The notes under the pieces are model-generated. The model was not told where the DNA came from and did not search any database. It worked only from the letters and a program-made list of their open reading frames with translations. Below, in pieces: positions 18,747 through 28,591 of a stretch of 64,000 nucleotides of DNA (the stretch's first letter is position 1; each line of letters begins with the position of its first letter). The stretch is from Nitrospirota bacterium (GTDB lineage: Bacteria > Nitrospirota > UBA9217). The stretch lies in NCBI GenBank assembly GCA_963790205.1, contig CAWBNQ010000003.1, positions 544,001-608,000 of the forward strand, read 5' to 3'. A program made the position numbers and the translations under genes.

Positions 18747-21110
18747 ATGAAGGCTTTGGACAAAAAACTCTGGCGCGACCTCTGGCAGATGAAGGGCCAG
18801 GCCCTGGCGATCATTCTCGTGATCGTGAGCGGCGTTGCCACTTTTGTCATGTTCATCAGCACCATGCACTCGCTCAACATGACGCGGGACGCCTTTTACC
18901 GCGATTTCGGGTTTGCCGAGGTCTTCGGCTCCCTCAAGCGCGCGCCGGAAAGCCTGAAGGAACGCATTCGCGAGGTCCCGGGAGTGAACCTCGTCGAGAC
19001 GCGTGTGGCAGCCGACGTGAAGCTCGATATCCCGGGGTACAACGAGCCGGTCACGGCCAGGCTCGTGTCCGTGCCGGACATCGGAAAGCCTCTCCTGAAC
19101 CGGCTGTACCTCAGAACCGGCAGGATGGTCGATCCCTCGAAGGACAACGAGGTGATCGTGAGCGAGGCGTTCGCCCAGGCCCACCAATTCAGGCCCGGCG
19201 ATTCCTTCGGCGCGGTGATCAACGGCAGGTGGCGGACCCTGGTCATCACCGGCATAGCGCTTTCGCCGGAGTTCGTTCTACAGGTAAGGCCCGGAGGCAT
19301 CAGTCCCGACTTCAAGCGTTACGGCATTCTCTGGATGAGCCGCAAGGCCCTGGGCACGGCCTACGACATGGACGGCGCGTTCAACGACGTGGTGCTCTCG
19401 CTCTCTCCGGGCGCCAAAGCTGACGACGTGATCCTGCGGCTCGACGCCATTCTCGACCGCTACGGCGGTCTCGGCGCCATCGGCAGGAAGGACCAGATGT
19501 CGAACCGGTTCCTGTCCGAGGAATTCCGCCAGCTCCAGCGTTTCGCCGAGATTTTTCCAATGATCTTCATCGGCGTCGCTGCCTTTCTTTTGAACGTGGT
19601 CATCAGCAGGACCGTGAGCACCCAGCGGGAGCAGATCGCGGCCTTGAAGGCCATCGGCTACAGCAACCTCGATGTGGGCATTCACTACGTCAAGCTCGTG
19701 CTTGTGATCGTCGTGATCGGCGTTGTTGCCGGCACGGCGGTTGGTGTCTGGATGGGCAAGGGCCTGGGGCGGATCTACCTGGAATTCTACCGGTTTCCCG
19801 GTCTTACGTTCGAACTGAACCCTGGCGTCGTGGCCGCTGCAGTGTTGATCACGGCGGGTTCTGCGCTTATGGGTACGCTCCGGTCGGTCCGGCAGGCGGC
19901 GCTTCTTCCTCCAGCCCAGGCAATGAGGCCCGAGCCGCCCTCCAGTTATAAGACATCGTTCCTCGAAAAGATCGGCCTCATCCCCATCCTGTCCCAGCCT
20001 TCGCGGATCATTCTGCGGAACCTCGGGCGGAAGCCCGTCAAGGCCCTTATGTCAGTTGTAGGCATTTCCTTTGCCTGCGCGATCATGATCACGAGCGGGT
20101 TCTTCAGCGATTCGATGGACTTCATGGTCGATGTGCAGTTCCGCCAGGCACAGCAGGAGGACATGACCGTTACCTACACCGAGGCCGCGTCGCGCAGGAC
20201 AATATACGAACTGAAGGGGCTCGCGGGCGTGGAACATGTCGAGCCGTTTCGAGCTGTACCGGCCCGGTTCCGTTTCGGCCATCGCACCTACCGGACCGTG
20301 ATCCAGGGGTTCGACCCCGGGACGAAGCTCCATCACCTGCTCGACATGCAGTTAAAACCCATCACCCTGCCGCCCGACGGCATCGTGCTGACCGACTATC
20401 TTGCGAACATGCTCGGCATCAGGGCCGGAGACATGCTGACCATCGAAGTGCTCGAGGGAAACCGTCCAATCCGCCAGGTCCCGGTGGTCGCCCTGGTACG
20501 GCAGTATATCGGGGTCATGGGATACATGGACCGGTCGGCCCTCAACCGTCTGATGCGGGAAGGGGACCTGGCGTCGGGCGCCTACCTGACCGTGGACAGC
20601 GCAGAGCAAGCGCGCCTTTACCGGACCCTGGTCGAGATGCCGCGAGTGGCCGGCGCGGTGGTCCGGCTGGACGAGATCAGGAATTTCTACCAGACCCAGG
20701 CGGAATCCATGCTCTTCTTCACATTCATCGCCACCCTTATGGGCGGGACCATCGCCTTCGGCGTGGTGTATAACAGCGCGAGGATATCCCTGTCCGAACG
20801 GAGCCGCGAGCTTGCAAGTCTCCGGGTGCTGGGCTATACGCGAGGCGAGATCTCCTATATTCTGCTGGGCGAGCTCGGCCTCCTGACGCTGGCTGCACTG
20901 CCGTTCGGATTCATCTTCGGCAGGATGCTCTGCAGTTACATCACTCATGCGATAGAGTCGGACCTCTTCCGCGTTCCCGTGGTGCTCCATGCCTCGACCT
21001 ATGCCCTGGGCGCGGCGGTCGTACTCGTATCGGCGTCCGTGTCGAGCCTGATCGTCCGGCACCGGCTGGACCACCTGGACCTCGTGGGAGTGTTGAAGAC
21101 GAAGGAATGA
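18747..21110 (+). CDS. ABC transporter permease (FtsX/MacB-like, duplicated)
   Basis: Two FtsX-type units (QREQIAALKAIGYS; ERSRELASLRVLGYT). Confidence 0.93.
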   Translation: MKALDKKLWRDLWQMKGQALAIILVIVSGVATFVMFISTMHSLNMTRDAFYRDFGFAEVFGSLKRAPESLKERIREVPGVNLVETRVAADVKLDIPGYNEPVTARLVSVPDIGKPLLNRLYLRTGRMVDPSKDNEVIVSEAFAQAHQFRPGDSFGAVINGRWRTLVITGIALSPEFVLQVRPGGISPDFKRYGILWMSRKALGTAYDMDGAFNDVVLSLSPGAKADDVILRLDAILDRYGGLGAIGRKDQMSNRFLSEEFRQLQRFAEIFPMIFIGVAAFLLNVVISRTVSTQREQIAALKAIGYSNLDVGIHYVKLVLVIVVIGVVAGTAVGVWMGKGLGRIYLEFYRFPGLTFELNPGVVAAAVLITAGSALMGTLRSVRQAALLPPAQAMRPEPPSSYKTSFLEKIGLIPILSQPSRIILRNLGRKPVKALMSVVGISFACAIMITSGFFSDSMDFMVDVQFRQAQQEDMTVTYTEAASRRTIYELKGLAGVEHVEPFRAVPARFRFGHRTYRTVIQGFDPGTKLHHLLDMQLKPITLPPDGIVLTDYLANMLGIRAGDMLTIEVLEGNRPIRQVPVVALVRQYIGVMGYMDRSALNRLMREGDLASGAYLTVDSAEQARLYRTLVEMPRVAGAVVRLDEIRNFYQTQAESMLFFTFIATLMGGTIAFGVVYNSARISLSERSRELASLRVLGYTRGEISYILLGELGLLTLAALPFGFIFGRMLCSYITHAIESDLFRVPVVLHASTYALGAAVVLVSASVSSLIVRHRLDHLDLVGVLKTKE

Positions 21111-21163
21111 TTGTATTGCGAATTTCGGATTGCGGATAGCTGATTGCGGAATGAGGTGATTCG

Positions 21164-22363
21164 ATGAAAGCTCAAACTCGCAGAAGCATATTTGTCGTCA
21201 CCGTCGGAGTTCTCGTCGCGCTTGCACTCGTCTACGGGTTCATGCCAAAGCCCGTATCCGTGGATGCGATAGCGGCCCGGCGCGGGCCTTTCCGGGTCAC
21301 GGTGGAAGAAGAGGGAAGGACGCGGGTGAAGGACCGCTTCGTTGTCTCGTCGCCTGTTCCGGGGTATCTTCAGCGGATCGATCTCGAGGTGGGAGATGTT
21401 GTCAGCAAGGGTCGGCGGATTGCCGTGCTCGAACCGCTCCGCTCCACGGTCCTCGATCCCCGGAGTCGCGCAGAGGCGGAAGCTTCAGCAGCGTCGGCAA
21501 AGGCGGTGCTCGACGCGGCGAAAGAGAAAGCGCGCGCAGCCATGGCCGATGCTGAATATGCCCGCGAGCGAAACATCCGCATGAAGAAGCTGGCCGGGGG
21601 CGGCTTCATCTCGAGGGATGATCTCGAACAATCGGATTCGGAGGCCAAGAAGGCCGAGGCAACGCGGCTTTCCGCGGAAGCGGCGGTGACAGCGGCGGCG
21701 GCCGATCTTGAGCGGGCGCAAAGCGTGCTCCGCTACTCGGCGGCCGAGCATGAGCCGGGCGGCGGAAAGACCGTCATCGTGCATGCGCCGGTGAGCGGCA
21801 GGGTCTTGAAACTGCACCGCGAGAGCGAAGGCGTGGTGAATTCGGGAGACCCGCTCGTGGACATCGGCGATCCCCGCCTGCTGGAGGTCAAGGCCGAGGT
21901 GCTTTCAGCCGACGCGGTAAAGATCAGAAAAGGCACGCCGGTGGTCTTCGAGCGCTGGGGAGGGGACAAGCCGTTGTCAGGCAGGGTGGGGGTCGTGGAG
22001 CCCGCCGGGTTCACGAAGATATCGAGCCTGGGCGTGGAAGAACAGCGCGTCCTCGTGATCGTGGACTTTACCTCGCCTGCCGACGTCTGGGAAGGGCTCG
22101 GCGACGCATACCGGCTCGACACGAGCTTCATCATCTGGGAGGGGAAAGACGTGCTCCAGGCGCCGGCGAGCGCGCTTTTCCGAAAGGGTGAAGACTGGGC
22201 CCTCTTTACGATCGAGAACAAGCGTGCGCGCCTCCGGACGGTGGAGGTTGGCCATCGGAACGGCTTGAGCGCCGAGATCCTCTCCGGCCTCAAGGAGGGC
22301 GAGATGGTCGTCGCCCATCCCGATGATGAGGTCAAGGACGGGGCGCGGGTGAAGGTGCGGTGA
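21164..22363 (+). CDS. Efflux periplasmic adaptor (HlyD/MacA-like membrane fusion protein)
   Basis: N-terminal TM, lipoyl-hairpin segments, SSLGVEEQRV motif. Confidence 0.92.
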   Translation: MKAQTRRSIFVVTVGVLVALALVYGFMPKPVSVDAIAARRGPFRVTVEEEGRTRVKDRFVVSSPVPGYLQRIDLEVGDVVSKGRRIAVLEPLRSTVLDPRSRAEAEASAASAKAVLDAAKEKARAAMADAEYARERNIRMKKLAGGGFISRDDLEQSDSEAKKAEATRLSAEAAVTAAAADLERAQSVLRYSAAEHEPGGGKTVIVHAPVSGRVLKLHRESEGVVNSGDPLVDIGDPRLLEVKAEVLSADAVKIRKGTPVVFERWGGDKPLSGRVGVVEPAGFTKISSLGVEEQRVLVIVDFTSPADVWEGLGDAYRLDTSFIIWEGKDVLQAPASALFRKGEDWALFTIENKRARLRTVEVGHRNGLSAEILSGLKEGEMVVAHPDDEVKDGARVKVR

Positions 22364-22485
22364 ATATATCAGCAATGAAATATCGGATTTTTTTCTATCC
22401 ACAGACCTTATGATTAAAAAGGCAAGTCTGACTTAAGGTATATTAGGTCTATCCCGGACCAAAATACACCAAAAGGAGACTTGCC

Positions 22486-23556
22486 ATGAATAACGTTAGC
22501 AGACTCGATTTCACTGGTCAACAAATTTATGTCGGTATGGACATTCATAAGAAAAGTTGGAGCATCAGTATTTTTACCGATCAGTTCGAGCATAAGACCT
22601 TTTCACAACCTCCGGAGGTCGGGGTGCTGGTAAACTATCTCAAACGCAATTTTCCGGGTGCAGCCTATAAGTCGGTCTATGAGGCCGGTTACTCCGGTTT
22701 CTGGATACATGACCGGCTTCAGGAGCGAGGCATACAATGTCTCGTGGTCAATCCGGCGGATGTGCCCACAAAAGACAAAGAGCGCGCAGGCAAGACCGAC
22801 CGGGTGGACTGCCGCAAGCTAGCCCGGAGCCTCAGAAACGGCGACATCGAAGGGATCTATGTCCCTACGCGACCAAAAGTCGAGGACCGCAGCCTCCTTC
22901 GTACTCGAAATAGCATGGTAAGGAAACAAACTCGCTGCAAGAACCAGATCAAGTCGATCCTGAGCTTTTACGGTATCGACATACCGGACGATTTCATCAA
23001 CGGTTACTGGTCCAAACGCTTCATCAATTGGATCGAGTCCGTACAAATGGAGCGGGCCAGCGGCAACCTATCACTCAAGATACACTTAGACGAGCTTAAG
23101 CATCTTCGGCATATCATTGCCGAGATGAACCGGGCGATCCGCGCCCTGGCCAATTCGGACGACTATCGGAACAATGTCCGGATACTTAAGACCGTGCCGG
23201 GAATCAGTACCTTGACCGCGATGATGCTCTTGACGGAGCTGTATGACATCAATCGTTTCAAGACGCTCGACAAACTCTGCAGCTACGTTGGCCTTATCCC
23301 CGATACCGATTCCAGCGGGGAAAAGGACCTTAAAACCGGCATGACCGGCAGGCGGAACGCCCAGCTTCGCTTCGTCTTGATCGAAAGCGCTTGGACGGCG
23401 GTGCGAAAAGACCCTGCCCTAATGATGGCGTTCAATGAGCTGTGCAAACACATGACAAAGACCAAAGCTATCGTTCGGATCGCCCGGAAGCTGTTAAACC
23501 GCGTCCGGTACGTTTTAAAGAACCAACAAGAATACACTACGGCGGTTGTTCAATAA
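22486..23556 (+). CDS. IS110-family transposase/recombinase
   Basis: DEDD RuvC-like residues (GMDIH, YEAG, KTDRVD) and C-terminal GLIPDTDSSG serine motif. Confidence 0.95.
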   Translation: MNNVSRLDFTGQQIYVGMDIHKKSWSISIFTDQFEHKTFSQPPEVGVLVNYLKRNFPGAAYKSVYEAGYSGFWIHDRLQERGIQCLVVNPADVPTKDKERAGKTDRVDCRKLARSLRNGDIEGIYVPTRPKVEDRSLLRTRNSMVRKQTRCKNQIKSILSFYGIDIPDDFINGYWSKRFINWIESVQMERASGNLSLKIHLDELKHLRHIIAEMNRAIRALANSDDYRNNVRILKTVPGISTLTAMMLLTELYDINRFKTLDKLCSYVGLIPDTDSSGEKDLKTGMTGRRNAQLRFVLIESAWTAVRKDPALMMAFNELCKHMTKTKAIVRIARKLLNRVRYVLKNQQEYTTAVVQ

Positions 23557-23579
23557 AAAACCGATATTTATAGCCGATC

Positions 23580-23760
23580 TTAAACCCGTGTTTCACCGTG
23601 GGTATCGTCTTGCGTAATCTACAGCGGATCGAAAGATGCCGTCTGTGCTTCCACAGACTACGAACCCACGCCTTCATAATTAATCAAGGCAATGCAGCGT
23701 TTTCTTCATCAACGAAGACTGTCTGCTCATAGAAGATTGGGTTTGAAGATTGCGTTCGCT
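23580..23760 (+). ncRNA. Predicted bridge/seek RNA of the IS110 element
   Basis: Target guides TGCGTAATCT (23611-23620) and TCCACAGA (23650-23657) flank a hairpin; donor guide CATAGAAGA (23728-23736). RNA ends are approximate. Confidence 0.75.
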
Positions 23761-23825
23761 ATAAATCGCTCCTTAATAAAAGAGATGCGTTTATGCCAAA
23801 AGAAAGACTTGCTTTTTAACATAGA

Positions 23826-23904
23826 AGATTACTCAGATTGCACAGATTAATGAGGCCGGAATTTTTGGGTTTTAAATCTGCGTCCGTCTGCGAAATCTGC
23901 GGAT
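23826..23904. repeat. REP-like palindrome (CAGATT/AATCTG units), right part of the IS110 target
   Basis: AGATTACTCAGATTGCACAGATT...AATCTGCGTCCGTCTGCGAAATCTGCGGAT; pairs with ATCCACAGA at 22397-22405. Confidence 0.75.
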
Positions 23905-23935
23905 AGATCGGCTTTTCGCGTTTTTGCCTCATCCT

Positions 23936-24397
23936 ATGCCCAAGACCAGCGCAGGTATTTTATTATATAAAGGAAAGGACGACGAGCTTCGGGTCTTCCT
24001 CGTCCATCCCGGAGGGCCGTTCTTCGCGAAAAAGGACGAGGGGGCCTGGTCCGTGCCGAAAGGAGAGCTCGACGAGGGCGAGGATGCGCTCGCCGCGGCC
24101 CGGAGGGAATTCGAGGAAGAGACCGGATGCGAGCTGGAGGGAATGTTCGTCCCGCTCTCGCCAATCACACAGAAGGGCGGCAAGATCGTCCTTGCCTGGG
24201 CAGTTGAGGGTGACTGCGACGCTGACGCGATCAGGAGCAACACCTTCGCGCTCGAATGGCCGCTAAAGTCGGGCAGGATGCAGGAGTTCCCGGAAGTGGA
24301 CCGGGCGGGATGGTTCACGGTCGAAGAAGCGAAAAAAAAGATCAATCCCGCACAGGCAGCGCTGGTGGATGAGCTGCTGAGTACGCTGACAAACTGA
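23936..24397 (+). CDS. NUDIX hydrolase
   Basis: Nudix box PKGELDEGEDALAAARREFEEETG; VHPGGPF. Confidence 0.92.
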   Translation: MPKTSAGILLYKGKDDELRVFLVHPGGPFFAKKDEGAWSVPKGELDEGEDALAAARREFEEETGCELEGMFVPLSPITQKGGKIVLAWAVEGDCDADAIRSNTFALEWPLKSGRMQEFPEVDRAGWFTVEEAKKKINPAQAALVDELLSTLTN

Positions 24398-24427
24398 TCA
24401 AGATTCAAAGCGATCGAGGTAACGCTC

Positions 24428-24682
24428 ATGTGTAGAAACATCAAGACCCTTTTCAACTTCGAACCGCCTGTGACGGACGAAGAGATTCGCGGGGCCTCAC
24501 TGCAATTCGTGAGAAAAGTAAGCGGCTTCAACAAGCCCTCGAAGGCCAACGAAGCCGCATTTCTTGCGGCTGTTGACGAGGTGGCGGCAATTACCAGAAG
24601 TCTTCTGAGCTCGCTTGAGACGAACGCACCGCCGAGGAACCGTGCAGAAGAGGCTGCCAAAGCACGAGCACGCGCTGTTTAA
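24428..24682 (+). CDS. DUF2277 family protein
   Basis: MCRNIKTLFNFEPP..EEI..ASLQFVRKVSGF signature. Confidence 0.88.
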   Translation: MCRNIKTLFNFEPPVTDEEIRGASLQFVRKVSGFNKPSKANEAAFLAAVDEVAAITRSLLSSLETNAPPRNRAEEAAKARARAV

Positions 24683-24761
24683 AGGTTTTCTACGTGAACA
24701 GCTTTCCATCGATCCCACATTCGGGCGGGGAGCGTCCAGCAGCGTTTCTTCCCCGACAGAC

Positions 24762-24904
24762 TAGCGTAGTGCGTCATAAATCTCTTTACATAGGTGGTCA
24801 TTCTGAGCGCGGTGAAGAATCACGCATTTTCAAATCGTTGCAAGACCCTTCACTTCGTTCAGGGTGACAACTTAAGCTAAAGAAGCGTTGGAAACGTTAC
24901 ACTA
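24762..24904. repeat. MITE/REP-like composite palindrome
   Basis: Internal GTCATTCTGAGC..GAAGAATC / GACCCTTCACTTCGTTCAGGGTGAC hairpin; imperfect outer IRs TAGCGTAGTG / CGTTACACTA. Confidence 0.6.
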
Positions 24905-25573
24905 ACAATAGTTCAACCCCGCCACGTACGAGCCGTCTTCCCGCTGCCGGACCCAGCGAACTGTCGCGGGACGGCACGGGCGCACGGGCCCCGAATCAAC
25001 GCAAACCCGCTGTTCTCTGATCAGCGGAGACTTCAACTCGAGGCAGAGGCCCGACTCGCTCACATTGAGCGCGGCCCCCTCCAGAAGCTCCTCGTTGTGA
25101 CCTACCATACGGGCCATTGCGCGGGAAAGGGGACGGCGCACTTCCTTTCTCAGGGCGGGCAGCGGGCTCGAAAGGTCGGTCCGTTCTCTACACGTATTCA
25201 GCCACTGTCTTATCTCAGAGAAGCGGAGCGGTTTCTGGAAAAAAATATATCCCATACCCTCTATTTCCTTCCGCAGCGCGTCGTCGCCATGGCCTGATAT
25301 CAAGGCCTTGTTCTTGAGCGGCAGCGCGCAGCCCATCTTTACCTGTTCCCGCAGCAGTTGAAGCCCGTTCATGCCCGGCATCTTGTAATCCGTGATCAGA
25401 ACGTCCACACAGGGGGAAAGGGCGGGGCAGGAATGCGAGCAATGGTCATAGGTCGGGCATACGACGGGTTCCCCGTACGCGAGCACCTCGCAATCTTTGC
25501 CGGAGAAGAACTCCCTGAAGAGTGAAAGGATCGGCTCTTCATCATCGAAAACGAGCATGCGCAGCTTTCTCAT
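24902..25573 (-). CDS. Response-regulator receiver domain + PilZ domain protein
   Basis: VFDDE, ITDYKMPGMNG, FQKP; then RKEVR and NVSESG (PilZ RxxxR, D/NxSxxG). Confidence 0.85.
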   Translation of the reverse strand: MRKLRMLVFDDEEPILSLFREFFSGKDCEVLAYGEPVVCPTYDHCSHSCPALSPCVDVLITDYKMPGMNGLQLLREQVKMGCALPLKNKALISGHGDDALRKEIEGMGYIFFQKPLRFSEIRQWLNTCRERTDLSSPLPALRKEVRRPLSRAMARMVGHNEELLEGAALNVSESGLCLELKSPLIREQRVCVDSGPVRPCRPATVRWVRQREDGSYVAGLNYC

Positions 25574-25907
25574 ATCAGGCTCCTTTTTGGAACGATCCTG
25601 CGTACGGCGGTATGGCGGCCGCCGCGCGCTGCGCAGTCGTCACTTTTGCGCGTTCCCGCATTCAATCCAGAATTATGGACATTATTCGATAATAAGTCAA
25701 TGGAACACTGTGCAATAATCTTCAAGATAATAGTCGACGCCGGAGGTAAATCAATAGTACTATTTTCGATTCTCTTCAACCTTTTGTGAAAAGCGCAGCA
25801 TGAACACGGGGTACAGCGCGAAAAAACAAGAGTGGTTTTTCTCAAAGCCTGCTATATTCATAGGACAAGAGGCTTGCCTGAACTTTACTTTAGGGGGGGG
25901 ATCGTCC

Positions 25908-26705
25908 ATGTCTTCTCAAATGCCCGTACTGTTCATCGGTCATGGCTCGCCGATGAATATCATTCTGGAAAACGACTTCACCCGGAGTCTCGTTGCACTG
26001 GAGAAAAAACTGCCGAGACCGAAGGCCATTATGGTGGTGTCCGCGCACTGGCTTACGAACGGCACCTTCGTGACCTGCACGAAAAAGCCCGCGACCATCT
26101 ACGATTTTTACGGTTTTCCCCAGGAGCTTTACGAGATGGACTACCCCAGCCCCGGCGCTCCTGACGAAGCGCGGCTGGCCTGCGAGGCGGTGAGGAAAGT
26201 TGCTGTCGCCTGCGACCGGGAATGGGGGCTTGACCACGCGTCATGGGCGATCCTGAAGCATATGTATCCCATGGCCGACATCCCCGTGTTCGAGATGAGC
26301 CTCGATTATTCGTTCAACGACTGGCACCCGAAGCCGCTCCAGTATCACTACGACCTCGCGGCGGAGCTTGGCGCACTGCGAAAGCATGGGGTGCTGATAA
26401 TCGGGAGCGGCAACATCGTGCATAACCTCAAGCTCATAGACTTCGAGAACATGGACGCGGGACCGTATGACTGGGCGATGGAATTCGACAGCCAGGTCAA
26501 AGACCATCTGCTCCATCGAAACCACCAGGGTCTCATCCGCTATCAAAGCAACGGGAAAGCATCGGCCCTTTCCGTGCCGACGCTCGACCATTACCTGCCG
26601 ATGATCTATGCACTCGCCTTGCAGGAGAAGAACGAGCCCCTCACGTTCATTCACGAAGGATTTCAGAACGCCTCAATCTCAATGCGATGTTTTCAGATCG
26701 GATGA
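25908..26705 (+). CDS. ygiD: 4,5-DOPA extradiol dioxygenase (LigB family)
   Basis: LFIGHGSPMN, SAHW, GLDHASW, GSGNIVHNL, PTLDHYLP. Confidence 0.9.
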   Translation: MSSQMPVLFIGHGSPMNIILENDFTRSLVALEKKLPRPKAIMVVSAHWLTNGTFVTCTKKPATIYDFYGFPQELYEMDYPSPGAPDEARLACEAVRKVAVACDREWGLDHASWAILKHMYPMADIPVFEMSLDYSFNDWHPKPLQYHYDLAAELGALRKHGVLIIGSGNIVHNLKLIDFENMDAGPYDWAMEFDSQVKDHLLHRNHQGLIRYQSNGKASALSVPTLDHYLPMIYALALQEKNEPLTFIHEGFQNASISMRCFQIG

Positions 26706-26755
26706 CCGGGCGCGTGTGCTGGTTTTCATCACACTCGGTATACATCATGCCTGGT

Positions 26756-28489
26756 TCATTCGCGAAGACCGCCTTGTGGGACATATCGTAAAAGTACATA
26801 GTCTCCTTCACGCAGAACTATTTCGAGTGGAAGACGAGGAAGATCACCGAGCTGTGTCGTGAAAGCCACGAGCAGGCAGGGGAAAGAACTTGTGACGAAT
26901 CGTTGAAATTCTTCAGGGCGGCTCGCATCGATGTATGGCCGGCCGCTGTAAAAAGAGATGGAAGGACGGTTGATCAAACTATAAACAGGCTCTGCAGGAG
27001 GAACGGCGTGGATTTGAGCGGCAATTTTCAGCACCGGCCCCTGCAGGAGATTACCTGCAAAGGGCGCCAAGGTCCACACCAGGGACGTCTGGACGAGAAA
27101 CCCGAACAGGACGACCAGCATCGGGATGACAACAGGACGGACACGGGTGATGAATCTCAGGAGCAGGAAAAGAGCAACAGCAATAAGCGCGCCTGCAATG
27201 GGCATCCCATATGAGGCATGAAGCCCCTGGGAGAAGACCGCCACTGCGCGGGGATGCTTGAATAGGTGTGCCAGGTGCGGGTAGTACGCTGGCAGGAACA
27301 AAAGCCCCGATGCCAGGGGAAGACAAAGAACGAGCGTCACCAGGGACGCTGCGCGGGTCCATGCGGGCGAAGGCGATTGCCGGTCCCAGGTGACGGCGAG
27401 CCCGAGCGCCATGGCCGGATAGACGCTCGATATATAATGCGGTAATTTTGTTCTTGCCAGGGTAAAAAGGAGAATGACGGCAACTGTCCAGACCAGGCCT
27501 AGGCGGGAGAGTTCATCGGTCCCATCTCTTTTCGTCCACCGTGCGATTGTCTGTTTCACCCACCACGGAAGCCATGCGATCCAGGGCAGGGTGCTCGGAA
27601 TGAGGACTGCGAGATAGTAATACCAGCCGCCGCTGTGCCCTTCCAGGGGATGCAAGAAGCGGTACGCATTTTCCCGAATAACGAACTGCCCGAGAAAACC
27701 GAAACCATAGGTGATGGTAACGAGCGCGTACCACGGCAATGCTCCCAGGAAGAACGCCGGGACGCCGACGTTCCAGGGAAAACGGCGCAGGCAGGCGGCG
27801 AGGTCTTTTGCCATCAATCGGTCGAGGCCGACGACCATTGCCGGGATTACCATGCCTATCGGGCCTTTGACGCTCACTGCGATCCCAGCGGCAAACATCG
27901 CCAGGAAGGCGTCGCGCTGTTTTCTACTGTGCCGCCATAGAAAGAAGCTCAGTACGGAAACCGTGATGAAAAAATTCAACGCGGCATCCAGGATCGCGGC
28001 ATGGGCCAGCAGCGCGGGCATGAGCATGCTGAGGTAGATCAAGGAAGCTATCCGTCCCGTCTGAGGCCGGCTTAAGCACCGTCCCGCGCGCAGTAAAAAA
28101 AGGGCCAAGGCAAGGGTGAAGAGGGCCGACGGCAGCCTGGCTGCAAATGCATTTTTACCGAAGAGTGCGAAGGAGGCGTTCATACAGTAATACAGGAACG
28201 CGGGCTTGTCATAATACGGCTGGCCGTTCAGGGTGGGAAGAAGCCAGTTTCCGTTGTTCATCATCTCTACGGAGGTCTGGGCGTAGGAGGCCTCATCGTA
28301 ATCAAAGAGCGGCGCAATGCCCAGGCCCGCAAGGGTCAGGACGGTCCAGAGCAGAACGAGCGCCGCAAACGCGGGAACGGATGGGCGGGAATCGAAAATC
28401 GGTCTGAGCATGCCGGTCATTCCTGCAAGGACCTGCTGCGGGTATGATGAAAGAGGGCCATGTCTTATTTCCCGGATGTTTGCTGTCAT
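26756..28489 (-). CDS. ArnT/PMT-family (GT-C) glycosyltransferase
   Basis: DYDEASYA, YYDKPAF, ARLPSAL, VKGPIG, TKLPHY motifs; multi-TM. Confidence 0.88.
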   Translation of the reverse strand: MTANIREIRHGPLSSYPQQVLAGMTGMLRPIFDSRPSVPAFAALVLLWTVLTLAGLGIAPLFDYDEASYAQTSVEMMNNGNWLLPTLNGQPYYDKPAFLYYCMNASFALFGKNAFAARLPSALFTLALALFLLRAGRCLSRPQTGRIASLIYLSMLMPALLAHAAILDAALNFFITVSVLSFFLWRHSRKQRDAFLAMFAAGIAVSVKGPIGMVIPAMVVGLDRLMAKDLAACLRRFPWNVGVPAFFLGALPWYALVTITYGFGFLGQFVIRENAYRFLHPLEGHSGGWYYYLAVLIPSTLPWIAWLPWWVKQTIARWTKRDGTDELSRLGLVWTVAVILLFTLARTKLPHYISSVYPAMALGLAVTWDRQSPSPAWTRAASLVTLVLCLPLASGLLFLPAYYPHLAHLFKHPRAVAVFSQGLHASYGMPIAGALIAVALFLLLRFITRVRPVVIPMLVVLFGFLVQTSLVWTLAPFAGNLLQGPVLKIAAQIHAVPPAEPVYSLINRPSISFYSGRPYIDASRPEEFQRFVTSSFPCLLVAFTTQLGDLPRLPLEIVLREGDYVLLRYVPQGGLRE

Positions 28490-28591
28490 TCAATACGATT
28501 CGTTGTGTATCACCCCGCTGGCGAAAAAGGCGGCAAAATACCGGTCGCAATAACGATAAAGAGTATGCCATACTCTCTTTATCACGTATAT

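Larger units (their letters stand above)
22406..23828 (+). mobile_element. IS110-family (IS1111-type) insertion sequence inserted in a REP-like palindrome
   Basis: Sub-terminal IRs TTAAAAAGGCAAGTCT (22414-22429) and AGACTTGCTTTTTAA (23805-23819). Shared core AGA at 22403-22405 and 23826-23828. Removal restores ATCCACAGATTACTCAGATTGCACAGATT. Confidence 0.9.
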
